From Coprobacillaceae bacterium (GTDB taxonomy: Bacteria > Bacillota_I > Bacilli_A > Erysipelotrichales > Coprobacillaceae): a DNA stretch of 32,000 nt. The DNA lies in NCBI GenBank assembly GCA_963675915.1, contig OY780959.1:1980001-2012000 (forward strand). Direction: 5' to 3'. Both the position numbers and the translations under genes were made by a program. Of the stretch, positions 25,939-32,000 are shown in pieces (the first letter of the stretch is position 1; every line of letters begins with the position of its first letter). The notes under the pieces are model-generated. The model was given only the letters and a program-made list of their open reading frames with translations. It was not told where the DNA came from and did no database searches.

Positions 25939-26808
25939 ATGTCTTTAATCAGTCATTTGGAATTCGAACTGAACTTTACCGAATCCGAAATTCAGCTTGC
26001 GCGATTCATTCTCAAGGACCCGGAAGCCGTCCTTAAACTGTCAATCAAAGAATTGGCCAAAAAAACATATTCCTCACCGGCAACCATTGTCAGGTTCTGC
26101 CGCAAACTCGGAGTTGATGGCTACGGAGATTTCAAAATCCAGTTGGCCAGCGAACTCCAATACAACAACCGTTATCGCATTGACGTCAACTATCCCTTCA
26201 CCAAGAAAGACAATCACAAGGAAATAGTAAAAAAACTGGCCACTCTGCATCAGGAGGCCATCAACGACACAATCAACTTACTTGATTATGACAAGCTTGA
26301 AAAAATTTGCGACAAGATCTATCAAGCCAATGATATCTTTGTATTTGGCGAAGGAAATTCCCTGACCGCCGGATTCGAATTCCAGCACAAGATGTCCCGC
26401 CTGGGAATTAATGTCAACATGCGCCCTTTCTCAGGAGAAGAGAGTTTTATGACCAGCGTCATGAGGGAAAAGGATATCGCAATTCTGATTTCCTATTCCG
26501 GTGAAACTGTCCGAATCGTCAATATCGCCAAAATTCTCAAAAGCCGCAATATCGAGATGATTGTGATCACCTCAATTGGCGAAAACCAGATTTCCAAATT
26601 TTCGAACAATATTATCAACGTCGCTTCAAGAGAGAAAATCTTCGATAAAATGGCCCCGTTCGCCTCGAAGACTTCAATATCATTCATCCTCGATGTGATT
26701 TTCAGCATTTATTTCCAAAAAAATTATGATTATAACTGCGAGTTCAGACTGAGTCATGACAAGAAATATGATCACCGGCACCCTTTGAATTCGCCAATCG
26801 ACAAATAG
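25939..26808 (+). CDS. MurR/RpiR family transcriptional regulator (HTH + SIS), 289 aa
   Basis: The N-terminal HTH is IKELAKKTYSSPATIVRFCRKLGVDGYGDFK and the C-terminal domain is SIS (FVFGEGNS...ISYSGET). The start is the ATG at 25939, since the track's GTG at 25930 sits inside the SD GAGGTG. Confidence 0.9.
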   Translation: MSLISHLEFELNFTESEIQLARFILKDPEAVLKLSIKELAKKTYSSPATIVRFCRKLGVDGYGDFKIQLASELQYNNRYRIDVNYPFTKKDNHKEIVKKLATLHQEAINDTINLLDYDKLEKICDKIYQANDIFVFGEGNSLTAGFEFQHKMSRLGINVNMRPFSGEESFMTSVMREKDIAILISYSGETVRIVNIAKILKSRNIEMIVITSIGENQISKFSNNIINVASREKIFDKMAPFASKTSISFILDVIFSIYFQKNYDYNCEFRLSHDKKYDHRHPLNSPIDK

Positions 26809-26810
26809 AA

Positions 26811-26871
26811 AAAAGGCAAGTTACAAAACTGATTCCCAATAATCAGGGAATTGTTTGAAACTTGCCTTTTT
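26811..26871. terminator. Bidirectional terminator between convergent RpiR and DeoR genes
   Basis: The 11-bp arms are AAAGGCAAGTT (26812-26822) and AACTTGCCTTT (26859-26869). An inner hairpin ATTCCC/GGGAAT is present. A-runs and T-runs lie on both sides. Confidence 0.75.
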
Positions 26872-26872
26872 A

Positions 26873-27622
26873 TTATACTTCAATGATTTTCGTCCTTGAC
26901 CTGATTTCTTGGTCTGGAGCTTTATTGGTGATGATTGAAGCTTTTTCAATTGGTGCAAATGAAACCATGCTGCGGTTATTGAATTTCGAATGATCACAAA
27001 GGATATAGGATTCGCGGCATTTGCTCAGGGCCATTTCCTTGACGCTGGCCTCGATTGCTTCTGGAGTCATGTATCCATTCTCCGCCGTCACTCCGTTGGT
27101 TCCAAAAAAGCCCTTGGTGAAGTTGTAACGCCAAAGTGAACGGACCGCTTCCCCGCCAACCACTGCTTCCGTATCGCTTTTAAGGTTTCCTCCAAGCAAA
27201 TAGGCATTGAGATTGGCCGCTGCCAATGCCTGGGCCTGCTTGAGCCCGTTGGTCACAAATGTGGCTTTTGAATCAACTAAAAACTCAATCATCATATAAG
27301 TTGACGTACCGGCGTCGATGAACACCAAATCCTCATCATTTATCAGGCTGGCTGCATATCGCCCAATCCCCAATTTCGATTCCAGATTTTGAGTTGACCT
27401 GACCGAAAATTTACTGTCACGGACAATCAGCTGTTCCGAATCATCAAGACTCTTAGCCCCCCCGAAGACCTTTACCAACTTTCCTTCTTCATCAAGTTCA
27501 TTCAAGTCTCTTCTTATCGTCGATCTGGATGTGTCCAAGATATCGATCAGTTCATTTAAAGTCACTGACTTTCTTTCATTGACCAATTTAACTATTAAAG
27601 ATTTTCTTTCAGCCCCTAGCAT
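26873..27622 (-). CDS. DeoR family transcriptional regulator, 249 aa
   Basis: The HTH is LNELIDILDTSRSTIRRDLNELDEEGKLVKVFGGA and the C-terminal domain is a DeoR sugar-phosphate-binding domain. The start is set at the ATG at 27622 (MLGAERKS) behind SD AGAGGTG. The track's start at 27670 is over-extended. Confidence 0.9.
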   Translation of the reverse strand: MLGAERKSLIVKLVNERKSVTLNELIDILDTSRSTIRRDLNELDEEGKLVKVFGGAKSLDDSEQLIVRDSKFSVRSTQNLESKLGIGRYAASLINDEDLVFIDAGTSTYMMIEFLVDSKATFVTNGLKQAQALAAANLNAYLLGGNLKSDTEAVVGGEAVRSLWRYNFTKGFFGTNGVTAENGYMTPEAIEASVKEMALSKCRESYILCDHSKFNNRSMVSFAPIEKASIITNKAPDQEIRSRTKIIEV

Positions 27623-27644
27623 ATTTTTCACCTCTTTATTAAGA

Positions 27645-27656
27645 GTACCGCTTACA
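27645..27656 (-). promoter_or_regulatory. Candidate operator TGTAAGCGGTAC, copy A (upstream of the DeoR gene)
   Basis: The same 12-mer recurs at 29329-29340 in the EIIC promoter. Copy A lies 23 nt upstream of the DeoR ATG and downstream of a perfect TTGACA (plus 27665-27670). Confidence 0.35.
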
Positions 27657-27692
27657 GGAGCCAGTGTCAATTCATTCTTGTTTCAATAATAG

Positions 27693-27736
27693 GAAAAGCC
27701 ATCGCAATCCCTTCGGCGGAAAGCAATGGCTTTTTC
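27693..27736 (-). terminator. Probable terminator after the PTS EIIC gene
   Basis: The stem is GCCAUUGC/GCGAUGGC (plus 27698-27705 and 27723-27730, one G-U pair). On the minus strand it is followed by UUUUCCU. The T-run is stronger on the plus strand. Confidence 0.5.
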
Positions 27737-27815
27737 AATGTAAATTTAGATAGATTATTGTTTAATTGGTTTGGACAAGGAAATCATTCCAAAATATCAG
27801 ATAATCAGTCTGATT

Positions 27816-29156
27816 TTAAGCTGTTTGTTGTTCCAGCTCAACTTGAGCTTCTTCTTCAGCTTGGAGGATTCCTTGTTGTTTTTCATACATTTTGATGAAT
27901 GGGAAGTAAACAACAATTCCCACAACAACACCTAACAATTGGCAGATTCCTCCCATGAAATTTCCACCTGAAGCCAGGAATCCCATCAAGAATGGCGGCA
28001 TTGTCCATGGTACTTGGATATACATCACCGGACAGATTCCCACTGCTGTAAGAACGTATCCCATCGCAATACTAACCAACGGCGCCAGAATGAATGGAAT
28101 GATTAATAACGGATTAAGTACAACCGGAACCCCGAACATGTTTACTTCACCGATATTGAACAAGTTTGGAAATAATGCCAATTTGGAAATTGATCTGTTT
28201 TCTTCACGTTTGGCTCCGATAAAGATTGCCAAAGTAAGAGCCAACATCGCCCCAGTTCCCCCGGTTGCCATGAAGGTACGATAGAAAGAATAGTTGATAA
28301 TATTAGTAGCTTGTTGTCCGGCTTCGATTGCAGCAGTATTTTCAAGCATAAGAGTTACGATGATTGGCTCCAATACCCCACCAATCATATTGTCACCATG
28401 AAGACCGACCGACCAGAACAAACATGATAAAGCGATAAACATCATGATTCCCGGTAAAGAACCACCAATTCCCAGTAGCGGCTGTTGCACCATTGTGAAA
28501 ATCAGGTCATTGATATATCCGCCTGTTAAAGATACGCAAGCAAGACTCAATAAAGTTGTTGCCAACAAGACGAAGAATACCGGAATCAGGTATTCGAATG
28601 AACGAGCCACCCCAGAAGGAACTTGTTCAGGCATTTTTATTTTCAAGAAATCGAAGTTAAAAAGCAAATGGAACAATTCAACTGACAAGATTGCCATAAT
28701 CATCCCGGTGAAAATACCTTTACTCCCCAAAGAATCCGCAAAGATCCCCGATACTGATGAAATCAAGTTTCCGGAATCATCATAAACACCCATAGAAGTG
28801 TTGGTAACTGAAATCAGCGCAGTCAGAGCGATTGCTCCGGCAAAAACACCTGACATTCCGTTTTCTTTTCCCAGTTCAGCTCCAAGCAAAACAGTGATTC
28901 CCACCGTGATACATCCGATTGTACAGAAGTTCATTGCATTGAAAGCTGGGTTTAAAAAACTCAGGTTCATGATTGGTGGCCAAAGAGCTCCCAACCCTGT
29001 TGAACCGTTTACGATTACGTGTGACCATAGGACCCCGACGGCACCGATGATCGTGAATGGCATGAATTGTTGGAAAGCATTTTTGATTGATTTCAAATAT
29101 TTGTTTTCACTGGCAATTGTACCAAACTTAATTAAAATACTTTGTAGTTTTTCCAT
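27816..29156 (-). CDS. PTS lactose/cellobiose-family EIIC permease, 446 aa (orphan: no adjacent EIIA/EIIB)
   Basis: The N-terminus IASENKYLKSIKNAFQQFMPFTIIGA is typical of CelB/ChbC-type EIIC. It has about 10 TM segments and an acidic C-terminal tail. An RBS AGGGAG is present. Confidence 0.88.
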   Translation of the reverse strand: MEKLQSILIKFGTIASENKYLKSIKNAFQQFMPFTIIGAVGVLWSHVIVNGSTGLGALWPPIMNLSFLNPAFNAMNFCTIGCITVGITVLLGAELGKENGMSGVFAGAIALTALISVTNTSMGVYDDSGNLISSVSGIFADSLGSKGIFTGMIMAILSVELFHLLFNFDFLKIKMPEQVPSGVARSFEYLIPVFFVLLATTLLSLACVSLTGGYINDLIFTMVQQPLLGIGGSLPGIMMFIALSCLFWSVGLHGDNMIGGVLEPIIVTLMLENTAAIEAGQQATNIINYSFYRTFMATGGTGAMLALTLAIFIGAKREENRSISKLALFPNLFNIGEVNMFGVPVVLNPLLIIPFILAPLVSIAMGYVLTAVGICPVMYIQVPWTMPPFLMGFLASGGNFMGGICQLLGVVVGIVVYFPFIKMYEKQQGILQAEEEAQVELEQQTA

Positions 29157-29328
29157 TTAATTACTCCCTGTTAAAATTTGTTTTTTCTACTCAGTCAGTC
29201 ATTACAGATTTCGTCCAAGTCCATTTAGGCCCGAGTTCAAACAAGGCAAAAATGATATCTTGGATCCCAGCGTTTACATCCGCAGTCTACTCTCTTCCTT
29301 GACGTCAATAGGATTACTCATGACTGCT

Positions 29329-29340
29329 GTACCGCTTACA
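29329..29340 (-). promoter_or_regulatory. Candidate operator TGTAAGCGGTAC(A), copy B (at the predicted +1 of the EIIC promoter)
   Basis: It is identical to the 12-mer at 27645-27656. Here it extends to the 13-nt near-palindrome TGTA-AGCGG-TACA. Confidence 0.35.
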
Positions 29341-29345
29341 TACAA

Positions 29346-29373
29346 ATTATCACGATAAATACTGGTAATTCAA
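29346..29373 (-). promoter_or_regulatory. Candidate sigma-A promoter of the EIIC gene (TTGAAT-16-GATAAT)
   Basis: The -35 is at plus 29368-29373 and the -10 at plus 29346-29351. This implies a 5' UTR of about 180 nt. Confidence 0.4.
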
Positions 29374-29390
29374 CAAAATCTAGGAAGCCG

Positions 29391-29419
29391 AAAAAAAAGT
29401 TCAAGCTATGAGATTGAAC
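29391..29419 (-). terminator. Orphan terminator-like hairpin plus U8 on the minus strand, upstream of the EIIC promoter
   Basis: The hairpin is GUUCAA-ucucauagc-UUGAAC (plus 29399-29419), followed by U8 (plus A-run 29391-29398). No annotated minus-strand gene ends here. The stem is short and AT-rich. Confidence 0.35.
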
Positions 29420-29650
29420 CACAATAGACCCCGAACTTTATTATCTTTTTACCCGGGAGCACTCCGGCCATAAAATTTACGTATATTTAAAAATATTTGT
29501 ATTTTCAATAAATATAAACGGATATCTTCGGAATAATAGATATCTGAAGCTTGTCCTTACCTGATTTGTCGTCATTCATCTATTTAGGTGTCTTTTTTGA
29601 AGCGATTGATTATAATATAATATTTCAAACGAGAGTAAAGGAGAAAAACC

Positions 29651-30457
29651 ATGTTATTGGAGAAACTGGAAAAGAAATACAGACTTACTGATACCGAGGC
29701 GGCAGTGGCTGACTACATCATCGAACATAAAGAGGAAATGATGAACATCACTATTGGCCGGCTGGCCGAAAAATCTTATTCATCTAATGCAAGTGTTATC
29801 AGAATATGCCGGAAACTTGGTTTTAAAGGTTTCAAAGACTTTAAAATTGCACTTTTGCTGGAAATCGAATCCCAGAAGTACACTCCCTGTTCATTTGACT
29901 ATAGTTTTCCCTTCGCCTTGAATGAACCAAGCGACTCAGTCGTTAGAAACCTCGGTTCCTTGTACAAGGAAAGTATCGACATCATCAATTCCCGTCTGGA
30001 TTGCAGAGTTCTTGATCAAGTGGTGAAGGTCATCATGAAATCAAATCGCTTCTTCATCTTTGCAGTTGGAGATTCCGGAATCACGGCGATGAACTTCATC
30101 AATAAAATGGTCAAAATCGATTACTTTCCCATTTTGGCGACCGACAACCATGAAGAGGCATCAATTTGCAAAAACATGAGCCGAAGCGATTGCGCCCTTT
30201 TTATCAGCTATCGCGCGAATTATGAATATCACCATAAATGCATAGAAATCTTGAATTCCAAATCCGTACCGGTGATTTCGCTTAGTGCTATCGAAAAAAG
30301 CCCCCTGATAAAACGGAGTGATCTCGCCATCATAATTCCTGAACGTGAACATGGTCAGGATGAGAAAATTGCCACGTTCTATTCACAACTTGCCTTCCAG
30401 TATGTTTTAAGCATTATATATTCATTGATTTACAAGAACAAATTCCATCAAAACTAA
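29651..30457 (+). CDS. MurR/RpiR family transcriptional regulator (HTH + SIS), 268 aa
   Basis: The HTH is IGRLAEKSYSSNASVIRICRKLGFKGFKDFK and a SIS domain follows (FIFAVGDSG...ISYRANY). An RBS AAAGGAGA is present. Confidence 0.9.
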   Translation: MLLEKLEKKYRLTDTEAAVADYIIEHKEEMMNITIGRLAEKSYSSNASVIRICRKLGFKGFKDFKIALLLEIESQKYTPCSFDYSFPFALNEPSDSVVRNLGSLYKESIDIINSRLDCRVLDQVVKVIMKSNRFFIFAVGDSGITAMNFINKMVKIDYFPILATDNHEEASICKNMSRSDCALFISYRANYEYHHKCIEILNSKSVPVISLSAIEKSPLIKRSDLAIIIPEREHGQDEKIATFYSQLAFQYVLSIIYSLIYKNKFHQN

Positions 30458-30465
30458 AAATACAT

Positions 30466-30503
30466 GCAAAAAACTCAGGTGGCGAACCTGAGTTTTTTTT
30501 TTG
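30466..30503. terminator. Bidirectional terminator between convergent RpiR-2 and fruA
   Basis: The hairpin ACTCAGGT-ggcga-ACCTGAGT (30473-30493) has an A6 run before it and a T10 run after it. Confidence 0.85.
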
Positions 30504-30535
30504 TGTTTATAAAGATAACTAGAGTATCGAATTTG

Positions 30536-32000
30536 TTATTTGTCTTTTTTCAGAATTGCCAGCAAAAACATTCCAACTGCTGAACCAGCTGCGATTGCCA
30601 CCAAGTATAATAGTGGATTAGTGATTGTCGCAACAACGAAGATTCCCCCGTGAGGTGCTCTTAAAGTACAGTTGAATAACATTGACAATCCTCCAGCCAC
30701 AGCCGAACCGGCGATGATTGATGGAATAACATGAATTGGATCAGCTGCTGCATACGGGATTGCTCCTTCAGTGATGAATGAAAGCCCCATGATGTAGTTA
30801 GTTAAACCTGATTTTCTTTCACTTTCAGTAAATTTCTTAGGGAAGAAAGTAGTTGCCAGAGCGATAGCTAATGGTGGAACCATCCCACCTGCCATTACCG
30901 CAGCCATAATATCGAAATTTCCGGATTCAATTGAAGCCAGACCGAATACATAAGCGGCTTTATTGATTGGACCACCCATATCGACAGCCATCATGGCCCC
31001 TAAAATGATTCCTAACAACAATCTTGAAGAAGATCCCATTGAATCAAGGAATCCAGTGATTCCTACGTTGATACTCGCGAAAACCGGATTTACTAACAGC
31101 ATTACTAATCCGATAATAAGTGTACCGAATAGTGGATAAATCAAAGTTGGTTTGGTACCTTCCAATGCACTTGGTAATTTATCACTGATCTTTTTAAGGA
31201 AATTAACTGCATACCCAGCGAAGAACCCGGCAAATAATGCTCCCAGGAACCCACCTGAAATAGCAGCACCTGTTCCCGCTAAGGAACTGAATGATGTCCC
31301 GGCAGCGGCCAATGCCCCACCGACAAAACCTGGTGCCATACCTGGACGGTCAGCGATAGATTGAGCGATGAATCCTGACAATACCGGCAGCATGAATCCG
31401 AATGCAACTCCTCCGATTCCCGCTTTTAAGATATTGGCAATAAGAGAGTTTCCACCGAACGACGCATAATTTGATGCATTTGTATAAGGCATATCGAATA
31501 GGAATGCCAGGGCAATCAAAATCCCACCACCGATTACGAATGGCAACATATTACTTACACCGTTCATCAGATGTTTATAGATTTGACGTCCGAATGATTC
31601 GTTTTCATCACTTTCGAAGGAACTGTCAGCTCCACCGGTATGATGATAAACTTTACCTTCTCCAGCCATTGCTTTTTCAACAAGTTCTTTGGCATCGTGG
31701 ATACCTTTGGCAACTGGCACCGAAATCACTTTCTTACCTTCGAATCTTGCCATTGCAACATTCTTGTCAGCCGCGATAATTATCGCATCAGCTTCAGCAA
31801 TATCCTTTTTAGTCAGCGCATTTTTGACTCCACCAGATCCATCAGTTTCAATTTTTACTGTGTATCCCATTTCTTTGGCAGCATTCTCCAAAGCCTCTTG
31901 AGCCATATATGTATGGGCAATTCCAGTAGGACAAGCAGTCACTCCGACTACCTGAATTTTACCTTCAACCGGTACAGCTTTTTGAGATTCTTTGTTTTCT
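30536..32000 (-). CDS. fruA: PTS fructose-family EII(A)BC component, 5'-truncated by the window edge
   Basis: The EIIB(Fru) motif VTACPTGIAHTYMAQE is present, followed by EIIC(Fru) (GVSNMLPFVIGGGILIALAF...). The reading frame stays open upstream of the track's GTG at 31942 (..ENKESQKAVPVEGKIQVVGV) to position 32000, so an N-terminal part, probably EIIA, lies outside the window. Confidence 0.9.
   Translation of the reverse strand, partial: ENKESQKAVPVEGKIQVVGVTACPTGIAHTYMAQEALENAAKEMGYTVKIETDGSGGVKNALTKKDIAEADAIIIAADKNVAMARFEGKKVISVPVAKGIHDAKELVEKAMAGEGKVYHHTGGADSSFESDENESFGRQIYKHLMNGVSNMLPFVIGGGILIALAFLFDMPYTNASNYASFGGNSLIANILKAGIGGVAFGFMLPVLSGFIAQSIADRPGMAPGFVGGALAAAGTSFSSLAGTGAAISGGFLGALFAGFFAGYAVNFLKKISDKLPSALEGTKPTLIYPLFGTLIIGLVMLLVNPVFASINVGITGFLDSMGSSSRLLLGIILGAMMAVDMGGPINKAAYVFGLASIESGNFDIMAAVMAGGMVPPLAIALATTFFPKKFTESERKSGLTNYIMGLSFITEGAIPYAAADPIHVIPSIIAGSAVAGGLSMLFNCTLRAPHGGIFVVATITNPLLYLVAIAAGSAVGMFLLAILKKDK

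Noticed and set aside
27642-27670. TTGACA-17-TACTCT as the DeoR gene promoter.
   Set aside because: The -35 is perfect, but the -10 is poor (3/6). The predicted +1 would fall inside the SD, so I did not list it as a promoter feature. DeoR may be transcribed by read-through from the EIIC gene.
29269-29340. CcpA cre sites (TGTAAGCGGTACA and TGTAAACGCTGGGA).
   Set aside because: The first is one nucleotide shorter than the 14-nt cre palindrome, so the right half cannot align. The second mismatches the conserved right-half C. They are reported instead as a possible DeoR-type operator.
29399-29425. A tRNA-like T-arm string GGTTCAATC on the minus strand.
   Set aside because: There is no complementary T-stem, acceptor stem or anticodon arm around it. 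It is the terminator-like hairpin.
1-32000. CRISPR arrays, IS elements or transposases, integrases, prophage genes, toxin-antitoxin or known defence systems, rRNA and tRNA genes.
   Set aside because: Reading both strands, I saw no spaced direct-repeat array, no terminal inverted repeats flanking a transposase-like ORF and no recombinase motifs. All long ORFs are accounted for by housekeeping or sugar-uptake functions.

Overview
Low-GC Bacillota-type chromosomal segment. The taxon is a guess from protein similarity and gene order, possibly a non-sporulating gut Firmicute or Erysipelotrichia. Positions 1-25.3 kb hold 26 co-directional minus-strand genes, mostly housekeeping. In order they are adhE, a CaCA antiporter behind a Mn2+-riboswitch-like leader, a Cof-type HAD hydrolase and a membrane-anchored Ig-repeat NlpC/P60 hydrolase. 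Next comes a Bacillus-like core block (lipoprotein-cysS-mrnC-rlmB-sigH-like-rpmG-secE-nusG). It is followed by glgC-glgD-glgA, HAD-ung-folC, divIC, an EamA transporter, rqcP(yabO), a CBS-type family II pyrophosphatase, a YheO-like regulator, nfnAB-like oxidoreductase and hemolysin-III. Positions 25.3-32 kb are a mixed-orientation accessory patch. It contains a DUF1836-like protein, RpiR regulator 1, a DeoR regulator, an orphan lactose/cellobiose-family PTS EIIC, RpiR regulator 2 and a fructose-type PTS EII(A)BC that runs off the window. rpmG (49 aa, 7601-7750) is missing from the ORF track. Several ORF-track N-termini are over-extended and were trimmed to ATG codons with Shine-Dalgarno sites. 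I saw no rRNA, tRNA, CRISPR array, transposase, integrase, phage gene or recognisable defence gene. I do not see convincing evidence for a new multi-gene system. The items most worth follow-up are: (1) a short variant yybP-ykoY/Mn2+-like riboswitch controlling a CaCA exchanger; (2) the orphan EIIC flanked by three regulators, with a ~180-nt structured leader, a 12-mer shared with the DeoR upstream region and an orphan upstream terminator; (3) a highly diverged sigma factor at the SigH locus of an apparently asporogenous genome; (4) several unexplained inverted repeats in intergenic DNA. All RNA, promoter and operator calls come from reading the sequence by eye and need computational confirmation.
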